Assembly (NCBI GenBank): GCA_964447765.1
Contig: CAYUTO010000004.1
Location: forward strand, 93,790 to 157,789
Direction: 5' to 3'
From: an uncultured Gammaproteobacteria bacterium
GTDB lineage: Bacteria > Patescibacteriota > Patescibacteriia > Magasanikbacterales > UBA922
Length of the DNA stretch: 64,000 nucleotides
In this document: positions 9,647 to 18,432 of the stretch, in pieces
Layout: every line of letters begins with the position of its first letter
Position numbering within the stretch: position 1 is the first letter of the stretch
Position numbers and translations under genes: made by a program
Notes under the pieces: generated by a model
The model's database searches: none
The model's input: the letters and a program-made list of their open reading frames with translations, nothing else
Told to the model about the DNA's origin: nothing

Positions 9647-9760
9647 CAACCTCTGTTTTTGGTTCTGCAGCCTCTTCAGTTTCTTCAACTTCTGGAGTTA
9701 CTGGGGTTGTTACCTCTTCAGTAGTCTCATCTGTTTTTTGTTCGTCTGTCATATGTAGTA
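9647..9760 (-). CDS. Putative 37-aa acidic small protein (MTDEQKTDETTEEVTTPVTPEVEETEEAAEPKTEVAE)
   Basis: Short ORF (not in the track) with its own downstream terminator hairpin at 9603-9621; weak RBS. Confidence 0.25.
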
Positions 9761-9886
9761 TATGATTGTCTGTCGTTCCAATAGGATAATCGATATACCA
9801 ATTGAATTGTACAGTTGAGTATGATCTTTACTAACCATACTCCCATTAATAGACTCTGTCAACCAAAAAATAAATGTGCGTACGAA

Positions 9887-10654
9887 TTATTTTGGTGGCA
9901 ATGGAATAAACACACTCGTTCGTCTTTTGTACTCAGCAAATTCAGGATGTTGCTCCATTTTTTTCTCAAGCATCGGAATTCCAGAAACTTTAAGAATCAA
10001 AAAAGTTATAGTGAGCGGACCCACAATTCCATACCAACTATAGGTAACACCAAGTGAGATAAGCCAGATTCCCCACCACTGAGTAACCTCACCAAAATAA
10101 TTTGGATGACGCGTATACTGCCACAGACCGTACTGCATTAATTTTCCTTTATTTCGAGAATCTCGTATAAACGCTGCCAATTGAGCATCACCCACAGACT
10201 CAAAAAAGAAACCGATTAGCCATACAAAAACTCCAAGATACCCAAACACTCCAAATGCTCCAATATTCTCACTTTTATTCACCAATAATACGGGTAATAA
10301 AATAAGAAAAAGAAAGAACCCTTGCAAAAAATACACCTGAGCATAGGATCGAAGATAGAACCACTTGCCCCACTCTTTTCGCCAAGCAAGATACCGATAA
10401 TCTTCTGTCTTACCCTTATTTCGCGTATGGATATGCCAGGCAAGTCGCACACCCCAAACAGTTATCAATACGCCCATAACCAACCCATACACACTCGCTG
10501 TATCAGACAATATAAAAGAAACCCATGCAAGAAGAACAAAACCCAGTCCCCACGCAATATCCGCAACATCGTTTCTTTTTTTCAATATCGAAATACCAAA
10601 CCACGCGGTCATGTACACAAACAACACGAGACCAAGCATTACATAATAATTCAT
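9887..10654 (-). CDS. DUF1295 / steroid-5-alpha-reductase-like (ICMT fold) membrane protein
   Basis: Multi-TM protein with the C-terminal RHPNYFGE motif. Confidence 0.6.
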   Translation of the reverse strand: MNYYVMLGLVLFVYMTAWFGISILKKRNDVADIAWGLGFVLLAWVSFILSDTASVYGLVMGVLITVWGVRLAWHIHTRNKGKTEDYRYLAWRKEWGKWFYLRSYAQVYFLQGFFLFLILLPVLLVNKSENIGAFGVFGYLGVFVWLIGFFFESVGDAQLAAFIRDSRNKGKLMQYGLWQYTRHPNYFGEVTQWWGIWLISLGVTYSWYGIVGPLTITFLILKVSGIPMLEKKMEQHPEFAEYKRRTSVFIPLPPK

Positions 10655-11049
10655 ACACTCATTTTAGCAGCAATAAGATACACAATCACTGACACCGAAG
10701 CTGATAACACCGCCCCCCATATAAGATCAACGACGGTTACATTAAGCGGCCAGTCTCTGATTGTAGCAAGATTAGTCAAATCATAGGTGGCATAAGTGAT
10801 AAGACCAAACAATGCTCCATACAGCAGCGCATGCATCCACGATCCTTTGGCAAGCGCAGGAGAAATAACAAATACCACTAATCCGAAAATAAACAGAAGG
10901 TAAAATATAATTGCGGCAATCCAATTAATATTTGTTTTCATAAGAAAACCCAGATGCTCACGATAAAAATTTTTTGCAACCAACCCGAGCCATATCATGT
11001 CGATAGCAAAAAACACAGGCAATGCGATAGCATATAGTTTGATAAGCAT
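10651..11049 (-). CDS. DUF2177 family membrane protein
   Basis: 4-TM 132-aa protein with the characteristic AIDMIWLG...YDLTN pattern. Confidence 0.55.
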   Translation of the reverse strand: MLIKLYAIALPVFFAIDMIWLGLVAKNFYREHLGFLMKTNINWIAAIIFYLLFIFGLVVFVISPALAKGSWMHALLYGALFGLITYATYDLTNLATIRDWPLNVTVVDLIWGAVLSASVSVIVYLIAAKMSV

Positions 11050-11118
11050 ATAAATCAGTATATAAATAATATCAGCATCATATCAAAAAACCGCCCTGTA
11101 GGCGATTTTTTGATATTT

Positions 11119-11535
11119 CTATTTTGTATTCGCTTCAGCAGCAGCTTTCTCATCCATATAGAATACTTCCCACACATGACCATCCAAATCTTGAATATCC
11201 CGAGAATACATCCACCCATAATCTTGTGGGGGCATAGGCTCGGTAGCACCTGCCGCAAGTGCCTTTTCAAGGAAACTATCCACCTCTTCCCTACTTCCAA
11301 CTGAAAGGGCATTCAAAACCTCCACTTGTCGTGCAGCATCAACAATTTCTTTTTTGGTAAAATCCTTAAATCTATTTTCTACCATAAGCATGGCAAAAAT
11401 ATTCTCACCCATAATCATGCAAGTCGCATTTTCATCAGTGAATTGAGGATTGAAGGTGAATCCAAGCTGGGTAAAAAATTCAATCGATTTCTGTAAATCC
11501 TTTACCGCTAAGTTCACAAAAATTTGCTTAACCAT
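11119..11535 (-). CDS. VOC/glyoxalase-like family protein
   Basis: Paired beta-alpha-beta-beta-beta modules, glyoxalase-like sequence; terminator at 11084-11111. Confidence 0.55.
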   Translation of the reverse strand: MVKQIFVNLAVKDLQKSIEFFTQLGFTFNPQFTDENATCMIMGENIFAMLMVENRFKDFTKKEIVDAARQVEVLNALSVGSREEVDSFLEKALAAGATEPMPPQDYGWMYSRDIQDLDGHVWEVFYMDEKAAAEANTK

Positions 11536-11546
11536 ATAGTAAAAAA

Positions 11547-11945
11547 TTAAGAATTGAGTTTTTTGTCTGCAAAAATTGCTCGGTATTTATCCCAATACGC
11601 ATATCCGAGATATGCAGTAAGAACACTCACTATTACTCCCGTAACCACATATTGAGGTGCTACGGTTCCATTATACACAATAACCCCGATACAAATCGGT
11701 GCCAGGAATAACAACGCAAGTGCAGGCAAAAAACCCACAATAAGCATAAGACCCACCACAACCTCAGTGATTTTAATCAATTGAAAAATTCCCATATCCC
11801 ACAACTGCATCATAGTCGGAACCATAGGAGCCGGTACATTCTTCATTTCAGACCCAGCCATAAGCCCACTCACGCCACTAAAAAAAATAAACAACCCAAG
11901 GAGAATTCTAACAGTGACCACTAATTTACGATTTCGAAAATTCAT
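11547..11945 (-). CDS. DoxX family membrane protein
   Basis: Small 4-TM protein with DoxX-like pattern. Confidence 0.55.
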   Translation of the reverse strand: MNFRNRKLVVTVRILLGLFIFFSGVSGLMAGSEMKNVPAPMVPTMMQLWDMGIFQLIKITEVVVGLMLIVGFLPALALLFLAPICIGVIVYNGTVAPQYVVTGVIVSVLTAYLGYAYWDKYRAIFADKKLNS

Positions 11946-11963
11946 AAGCTACAGTATAAATAA

Positions 11964-12701
11964 CTAAAATAATGGATTAAGTACCTTCTCGATTTTCTCA
12001 AACCAGACTCGATACCCCTCGCCAGAAGGATGAAAATGATCGACTGAATAATATCTCGACACATCTTCAAGAAAGATATCATCAACACCTTCTTGAAGCA
12101 AGTCCACATACGTAACTTTCTTTTCAAAAGCAACTCGGAGATACAACTCACGAACCATTCTTGATTGACGACCGAGATACCAATCAATTGGCTCAGGGAA
12201 AATGGGAGCAGTACCAACATCCGCTGAATGTAAAATGATCACTTGTTTTGATTTTTCGGAAGCTACATCGAGAAGATCACTCAAATCTTTTTCAAGTTCA
12301 TCAAGTGGAGTCCGATGAGTAATATCATTTGCCCCAACCTGTATAAGCAAAAGATTATACAGATCAGTGTCCGTAGATACTCCACGCAATTTAGCAAGTG
12401 TATCAACTACTCTATCTCCACTCTTACTAATGTTAGTAATTTCAGCATGTGGGTAGAGTACACCCAGTCTGCCTGCAGTGGATTCTTCTGGCTTTGCTGC
12501 CCCAATTCCAAAGGCAGTACTATCACCTGCCACCAGTATTCGAGAATCTGGGTTAGGGATCTTCCTCTCAAAAGCGATGGTTGAACGGTATATTCCACGC
12601 CCACGATAAAGAAGCATTCCCACTCGCATGGAATGGTATAGGATTAACATAATCACTATTCCAAGAATAATTTTTATAACAATCGAAAAATCATCTTCCA
12701 T
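11964..12701 (-). CDS. SGNH/GDSL hydrolase family protein
   Basis: N-terminal TM helix; block I VAGDSTAFG (GDS), block III GANDI, block V DxxH. Confidence 0.7.
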   Translation of the reverse strand: MEDDFSIVIKIILGIVIMLILYHSMRVGMLLYRGRGIYRSTIAFERKIPNPDSRILVAGDSTAFGIGAAKPEESTAGRLGVLYPHAEITNISKSGDRVVDTLAKLRGVSTDTDLYNLLLIQVGANDITHRTPLDELEKDLSDLLDVASEKSKQVIILHSADVGTAPIFPEPIDWYLGRQSRMVRELYLRVAFEKKVTYVDLLQEGVDDIFLEDVSRYYSVDHFHPSGEGYRVWFEKIEKVLNPLF

Positions 12702-12744
12702 GATACCCCTTTATTTAAAAAAACTCTTGGTAAAAGCCTAACAC

Positions 12745-12770
12745 AAAACACTGGTATATACCAGTGTTTT
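12745..12770. terminator. Perfect palindrome aaaacactggtatataccagtgtttt (bidirectional terminator-like)
   Basis: 10-bp stem, A-run / T-run on either side. Confidence 0.55.
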
Positions 12771-12782
12771 TGATTTGAACTT

Positions 12783-12959
12783 ATGCCCCAAAAGTCTTAT
12801 TACGTGTACGCTTGCCCACAGCTACAGGATCTCGAAATGCTTTGGGAGGTGCTTGTAATTTTCGAGTATCAAAGGCATGTCCAGGCTTGTCTAATGAATC
12901 AGCCTTCAAACCTTCCTTCTTCAAGGCATCAAGATGATTTTTATACCATTTCTTCATAA
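12783..12959 (-). CDS. Putative 58-aa basic small protein (MKKWYKNHLDALKKEGLKADSLDKPGHAFDTRKL...)
   Basis: ORF below the track cutoff, with a perfect palindromic terminator immediately downstream (12745-12770). Confidence 0.3.
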
Positions 12960-13005
12960 AATTGTATTAAAAACTACGAAAACTAACCTACAATATATAT
13001 CACCA

Positions 13006-14313
13006 TTATCTCGCTTTGTCAAGATTGGCATCAAAGGCTTGTTTAAAAGATGACACAATATACGGAATATCACTAATCATAATAGACTCATTATTATTAA
13101 AGAACCCATTCGTACTCCAATTATTGGTACCAAATACCGCAGTATCATCGTCAACAAGTAACAAATGGTGATGTAAAAAAGAATTAAAATCTTCCTCACC
13201 ATAGACTTCCTGAATTTCAAGATTTCGTTTATGGTCAGTAAAAACCTGAAGATTCTCCAAACGATATAACTCTTTTTGAGAATTCAAAAAAGGAAACACG
13301 GAATCAGTCAAAGCATAATTAGAATCATCAGTGAGTATGGTTGTAGGCACACCCTCCTTACTTTTCTGAAGTATTGTCTGAGCAACAGTAGTATCAGTGA
13401 GATTCCAAATCAATACCTCAATTGTTTTTTTAGTGTCAGCAATGAGACCCAAAAAACGTGTACGCAAACCTACACTATTCGAGGGAGCAGGAGTAAACCA
13501 AATTTCGATATAACCTTCAGGATATCTAAGTAATGCGGCATAGGGATTACGATCAGTGAGAGCACCGCCAGTGTATAAACGATTGAATTCCCTACCAAAT
13601 ACATCAATAATTTCAGGACGAGTTGTTTCTAGCACAAAGCTTGGATCAAATTTCTCTTGGAGAGACGTAAAATTATATGAACCAAAAAAAAGTTTTGCCG
13701 ATACAAAGTTCCGATCAATAAGTATAAACTTATGATGCATCGATCCCCGAGAACTCTCAAAACTAGCATCGACGCGTGAAATATTCTGAGGAGGATTATA
13801 AAAAACCAGATCATGAGTTTCTTTTCGCTTCTCGCTCAAAAGCAACTTCACCGCAACACCACGATTGGCTGCACGATAGAGCGCATCTCGTATCAACGGA
13901 TGATCCATCGAATACACAGCGACCTCGATCTGCACCACTGCTTTGTCTATCGCGTCGATAATAAGTGACGAAAGATGTGTTTGCCCAAAATCAGTATTAA
14001 AATATAATTGTCCTGAAAAAGATTCGAGGATATCAATCGTCTCTCGAGGAGTAAACACCGACGACTGAGAAATGGTGTCCGTCGAAGACACTACTTGATC
14101 CAATGGAAGAGTATATTCTACAACACCCTCATCATGAGAACGCATATAGACAAAAGCAAAAACAAGTATCGATGCAAAAAGTAACAAAAATACAGGGATA
14201 AGCCAAACCAAAAAACGAGGAGTTGTTTCGGGAGAATTAAGAGATGGATCTAATTGTGGTGCCAAGTTCATGTCGTTGAGTGTAGGATAAATAATCATTA
14301 CTATTGTTCGCAA
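13006..14313 (-). CDS. Membrane-anchored phospholipase D family protein (two HKD-like motifs; cardiolipin-synthase-like or PLD nuclease-like)
   Basis: N-terminal TM helix; motif 1 HHKFILID...GSYNFT; motif 2 HHHLLLVDDD...GTNNWS, with His where the canonical Lys would sit; overlaps the upstream gene. Confidence 0.7.
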   Translation of the reverse strand: MRTIVMIIYPTLNDMNLAPQLDPSLNSPETTPRFLVWLIPVFLLLFASILVFAFVYMRSHDEGVVEYTLPLDQVVSSTDTISQSSVFTPRETIDILESFSGQLYFNTDFGQTHLSSLIIDAIDKAVVQIEVAVYSMDHPLIRDALYRAANRGVAVKLLLSEKRKETHDLVFYNPPQNISRVDASFESSRGSMHHKFILIDRNFVSAKLFFGSYNFTSLQEKFDPSFVLETTRPEIIDVFGREFNRLYTGGALTDRNPYAALLRYPEGYIEIWFTPAPSNSVGLRTRFLGLIADTKKTIEVLIWNLTDTTVAQTILQKSKEGVPTTILTDDSNYALTDSVFPFLNSQKELYRLENLQVFTDHKRNLEIQEVYGEEDFNSFLHHHLLLVDDDTAVFGTNNWSTNGFFNNNESIMISDIPYIVSSFKQAFDANLDKAR

Positions 14314-16003
14314 ATACCAACATGATTGAGGTTGGTAGTGCTTGATGTAATATATGTATCATATCAATAATGCGTGGGTATTGTAAATCAAGCCAAAAAT
14401 TATCAATAACCAATACCGGACGATGGGTTACTAGAGAATGCAGTGTGTGCAATGCAAAAGCCTGCAGCGGATTTTTGAGTACCCTATTTGCAGAAGTAGT
14501 ATAATTTCCATCGACTGAAACAAGTTCTACAATAGAAGGATACCGATTCATAATAAGCAGTGCCGAAGCAAATTCTTCCGTAGTAATATCATCTTTCACT
14601 TTACCCATAATACACTCCGCGAGAGTGCGATCTACCCGAAAATTGGGATCAAAAAAATACACATCAGTGCACACATTCTGCCAGCCGACAAACTCAAATC
14701 GTTCAGCATCAACCGTAATTTTTATCGCACGCGGATTATACGCAGCAACACCCGCAAATAATTTTGCCAATGAAGTCTTCCCGGTCATATTGGTACCAAA
14801 AAATAATACACGCTCACCCGGTTTAAAATCAAAACGCATATTTCGATAATACTCTCCTTCTGGAAAAAGCTTGGTCTTGTGACTACGGAAACCAAGTGTT
14901 TTTTCTCTCAGGTGAAAAGCCGTGTCTTTCACATAATTCTTACCTGATTGTACCACCGTCAAAAAAAGGCCCAACCGAGCAGGAAAAAGATATAACCCCA
15001 CTCGTGTAGCTTCGTTCAAGGCACGCGAAAAATAAATAAGTAACAATATAAATAAAAATCGTTCACCAATATGTTCGGTACCTAAAAAAGAAAAAAACGT
15101 TGTGGGGAAAAAATGGCTAAAAATCGAAACAACAATCAAGAAAATAAACACCATTTTAAAACCGAGACGTATCCAAATATCTCGACGTATACGAAAATAT
15201 GAATCAAACCAAACCAGCTTATCAAACTTTTCGAGAATGCTCCGCTCCTGCCCAAACATTTTTAAAAAACTAATATTAGTAGCATTGAAATCTATTTCTC
15301 TAATAATTTGAGAATAGAATGTCACCTCTTGCGAAACATAAAATCGAGATACGAGGTACCCACCAAAAAATAGAAGCACTGATGCAAGAATAAACGCGCC
15401 ACTCACCACAAGAACATGGTAATTACTCACATATGAAATCATGAGTATAATTCCCAAATACATGAGCCAGCGCCAAAATCCAAAAAATGTATTAGAGATA
15501 CCCTGTGTAACCAAAGGAATGTGATACGAAATCTTTGCAATAAGACTCGCGTGTTGTTCTGAGGATGTATGCTGAGGTGAACGACCAAGAAAATTCTTAA
15601 AAATACGACGCCTAATACTATTCGTCAAAAGAACGACAAATGATCGCTCATATTTGATAGCAAAAAAAGAATTGATCAAAAATACACCAATAAGTACTGA
15701 AAACAATAATATAAAATGACTGGAGAGCCATAGGCGAGTCCCGTCTGAAATCTGATCGCGACTAAAAATAATCAACGCAGATTCAATAATACCTTGGGAA
15801 AACAACAAAACCAACAAACCAATAATCAACAAAATATGTTTTTTTGAAAAATCCCGAAGATACTGATAATGATCTTTCGTAAATAAAACCTCCCTCCATT
15901 CACGACTCTCTTTTTTCGCCAACCGAAGAAGCCGAGCCTGCTCCTGCATCTTCTTACTAAAGATATGTGTGACTTTGTGTGTATTATTCTCGACCTCGTC
16001 CAT
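14237..16003 (-). CDS. ABC-exporter-like membrane protein with degenerate nucleotide-binding domain
   Basis: About 6 predicted TM helices followed by a Walker A GTNMTGKTS. The ABC signature is absent and Walker B reads VLVIDN, with the catalytic Glu replaced. The start overlaps the RT stop by about 20 nt. Confidence 0.6.
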   Translation of the reverse strand: MDEVENNTHKVTHIFSKKMQEQARLLRLAKKESREWREVLFTKDHYQYLRDFSKKHILLIIGLLVLLFSQGIIESALIIFSRDQISDGTRLWLSSHFILLFSVLIGVFLINSFFAIKYERSFVVLLTNSIRRRIFKNFLGRSPQHTSSEQHASLIAKISYHIPLVTQGISNTFFGFWRWLMYLGIILMISYVSNYHVLVVSGAFILASVLLFFGGYLVSRFYVSQEVTFYSQIIREIDFNATNISFLKMFGQERSILEKFDKLVWFDSYFRIRRDIWIRLGFKMVFIFLIVVSIFSHFFPTTFFSFLGTEHIGERFLFILLLIYFSRALNEATRVGLYLFPARLGLFLTVVQSGKNYVKDTAFHLREKTLGFRSHKTKLFPEGEYYRNMRFDFKPGERVLFFGTNMTGKTSLAKLFAGVAAYNPRAIKITVDAERFEFVGWQNVCTDVYFFDPNFRVDRTLAECIMGKVKDDITTEEFASALLIMNRYPSIVELVSVDGNYTTSANRVLKNPLQAFALHTLHSLVTHRPVLVIDNFWLDLQYPRIIDMIHILHQALPTSIMLVFANNSNDYLSYTQRHELGTTIRSIS

Positions 16004-17210
16004 AATGAAAATTCTTATAATACTGGTACAGTGAAACAATACCCACGCCCCCCATCACTTCCTTCAACAATCGTCGATGCTGCGGAGAATGTTGTCCATA
16101 GTAAAATTCAGTAAGAATATGAAAAAAATGTTCAGACACTATCCTTATTTGATTCACATCATTCACCTGTGATTTATTCTTGATTATCTCCTGAAATCGA
16201 GTATTAAAATTTGTATAGTTGCTACGCATGATATTTTTGAGAATACGTTTTTTCTTTGCTTCCGACTCATGCTTATAAAGCAGTAAACTCTTCCACTCCG
16301 ATTCAATACGGGCAATAAACCCATCTTCAAGACTAATACGTCCATTCGAAAAGCGATATCCCAAAAAAGAAAAAGTGTCTCTAGCAGACCCAATAAACAG
16401 TTTATCATTATTAAGCTTCAACCCCCTTTCATGGAGTTTAATTTTCATCTCTTTCTCTATAACTTTCAATTTTTCTAAATCCGGATCAAAGAGCGCAAGA
16501 TCATCCCCTACTCGTATATAAAAATCAGACTGACTATCATATCTGAAATCAAGGTCTGAAAGATAGAGATTAGCAAACAAGGCGATTAATGGCACACCTT
16601 GCACAATACCCTGACCGATCGTTTGTATCGAACCACGATCATACACCTGATTGAATATAAAAAGCTTCAATACTTCCACTGTTTCAGTATCCGGAAATAA
16701 TACTTGTAATTTTTCGACTAAATAATCCCGATCAATCAGACTCGAATAATTTTGCAAATCAATCACGAGGCAATGGTCCGTGGTAAAACGCCTGCGATAT
16801 CGACGAGCAAATAAATATGACGCGACATGTGGTGGTCTGCCCGGACGATAGGAAAACAAACGATCAGAAAAACTGCGTTCAAAAACGGGCAATACCACAC
16901 GATAAATTGCCTGTGCCTTGATACGCTCCTTGAGCGTATAAATAAAAATCTCACGAGTCTTGGTAGGATTATTTTTCTTTGGAATACGCAATAAAACAGC
17001 CGGTTCAATGGCTTTGGTATTAATTAACTCATCCTGAATAAGGCTTAGAAGATCATGCGAATTGACCTCATAATCCAATATTTTTTTATGGTCGAGGCCG
17101 TAATATCGAGATTCCTTACTGTCTTTGGCAAATTTTTGAACAATCTCTAGATATGCGGCTTCCAAATTACGCTTGGATATGATTTCTCTAAACATACAAT
17201 ATACAATCAC
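15984..17210 (-). CDS. Free-standing reverse transcriptase (group-II-intron-like/DGR-like RT family, no intron RNA context)
   Basis: RT motif 0 NLEAAY; motifs 1-2 IPKKNNPTKTREIFIYTLKERIKAQAIYRVVLPVFERSFSDRLFSYRPGRPPHVA; motif 3 VIDLQNY; motif 4 QGVPLIALFANLYLSDLD; motif 5 YIRVGDDLALF (catalytic DD); motifs 6-7 LKLNNDKLFI...FSFLGYRF. About 120-aa thumb-like C-terminus. Confidence 0.8.
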   Translation of the reverse strand: MIVYCMFREIISKRNLEAAYLEIVQKFAKDSKESRYYGLDHKKILDYEVNSHDLLSLIQDELINTKAIEPAVLLRIPKKNNPTKTREIFIYTLKERIKAQAIYRVVLPVFERSFSDRLFSYRPGRPPHVASYLFARRYRRRFTTDHCLVIDLQNYSSLIDRDYLVEKLQVLFPDTETVEVLKLFIFNQVYDRGSIQTIGQGIVQGVPLIALFANLYLSDLDFRYDSQSDFYIRVGDDLALFDPDLEKLKVIEKEMKIKLHERGLKLNNDKLFIGSARDTFSFLGYRFSNGRISLEDGFIARIESEWKSLLLYKHESEAKKKRILKNIMRSNYTNFNTRFQEIIKNKSQVNDVNQIRIVSEHFFHILTEFYYGQHSPQHRRLLKEVMGGVGIVSLYQYYKNFHYGRGRE

Positions 17211-17218
17211 TCCCTAAT

Positions 17219-17247
17219 ATATCTGACAGAAATCTATCAGATATTGA
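17219..17247 (-). promoter_or_regulatory. Stable hairpin (9-11 bp stem, 4-nt loop) just upstream of the RT ribosome-binding site
   Basis: Inverted repeat taatctgacag-aaat-ctatcagatatt located about 15 nt upstream of the RT start codon region. Confidence 0.4.
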
Positions 17248-17472
17248 TTATTTCCATTGAGGTCTTCCAAATAGCTTAACAACCTATTTGTTCTTTTCCT
17301 AAAATCGTCAAATTTCATGAAGCTAATGCCGATAGCTTTTCTTTTCATGAACCCGGACGACTGCCGACATCCTGAAACTCAGGTTTTAGGGAATGATTGT
17401 AAAGAGCACGTTAACCCCAAGAATAGCATATCTAGAAAGACAGGTAAACGCCAAATCTATGTTTCACACCCT

Positions 17473-17500
17473 TGATTTTTCCAGAAAATCTGCTAGGCTC
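17473..17500 (+). promoter_or_regulatory. Candidate sigma70-like promoter for the PNP gene (TTGATT-16nt-TAGGCT)
   Basis: -35/-10-like hexamers about 60 nt upstream of the AGGAGA RBS. Confidence 0.3.
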
Positions 17501-17558
17501 TCTCCATCACTCTTGCATATAGAGCAACGTGATCACAACCCAATCAGGAGATAGACGC

Positions 17559-18416
17559 ATGAAAAAAGTGTATACGCAGCTTCAGGAAACCGTGACACAC
17601 CTCGGCAAACGCCTCGGTAAGAAGCAAAGGAAACCACAAGTCGGCATCGTACTCGGCTCAGGTCTCGGAGAGTTCGCAAAGAGGCTCAAGGACCCCGAGT
17701 CGTTCCGCTACCAGGACATCCCTCACTTCCCCGAATCCACCGCTCCCGGCCACGCCGGAACCCTGTGGTTCGGCAAAGTCGGGAGTGTGCGAGTGGTCGT
17801 GATGCAGGGACGTCACCACTACTACGAGGGCAACACCCCGGAGCAGTGTGTCTATGGTCTCCGCACCATGATCAGCATGGGCGCGAGTACCATCATTCTC
17901 ACGAATGCGGCAGGCACGATCGATGATCAGGTGAGTCCGGGAGATCTTCGGATCATCTCCGACCACATCAACATGACCGGAGAAAGCCCGCTTCGTGGAC
18001 ACAATGACACGCGACTCGGACAACGCTTCGTGCCCATGAACGGTGCGTACGATGCAGATCTCCGAGCGCATGCGCTGAACACATGGAGTGAGGATCCGAA
18101 TGCAACGAATTCGATCAACCTTCACAGAGACGGTGTCTACGCGCTCATGGCCGGACCCGAGTACGAGACTCCTGCTGAAATCAACCGACTGAGAAATGCC
18201 GGCGCCAACCTCGTGGGAATGTCAACGGTCTTCGAGACCATCGCGGCCCGTCACATGGGCGCTCGCGTGTTCGCGATGTCGTGCGTCACGAACTACGCTG
18301 CAGGTGTGAAAGGCAGTGTACCAAACGAGCAGGAGGTGCTCGACACGGCACAGCAGTCGTCGAAGAAGTTCGTCGACTTCATGACACACTTCGTCGAGAC
18401 GATGCCACTCTCCTGA
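17559..18416 (+). CDS. punA: Purine nucleoside phosphorylase (PNP-I/PunA family), horizontally acquired (GC-rich)
   Basis: PNP family motifs GIVLGSGLG, ILTNAAG, MAGPEYET, GMSTVFE; AGGAGA RBS before the internal ATG at 17559; G/C-ending codons dominate, unlike neighbouring genes. Confidence 0.85.
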   Translation: MKKVYTQLQETVTHLGKRLGKKQRKPQVGIVLGSGLGEFAKRLKDPESFRYQDIPHFPESTAPGHAGTLWFGKVGSVRVVVMQGRHHYYEGNTPEQCVYGLRTMISMGASTIILTNAAGTIDDQVSPGDLRIISDHINMTGESPLRGHNDTRLGQRFVPMNGAYDADLRAHALNTWSEDPNATNSINLHRDGVYALMAGPEYETPAEINRLRNAGANLVGMSTVFETIAARHMGARVFAMSCVTNYAAGVKGSVPNEQEVLDTAQQSSKKFVDFMTHFVETMPLS

Positions 18417-18432
18417 AGTAGGCGGATGGGGG

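Noticed and set aside
15984-17210. RT as a classical retron RT
   Set aside because: I could not find the retron-specific VTG / NAxxH motifs, and there is no recognisable a1/a2 inverted-repeat pair in the upstream region. This remains open pending covariance-model searches.
15984-17528. RT as part of a mobile group II intron
   Set aside because: There is no room for intron domains I-III upstream (320 nt only). The RT stop overlaps the next protein-coding gene, so there is no domain V/VI. No GUGYG...AY boundaries were seen, and there is no endonuclease domain.
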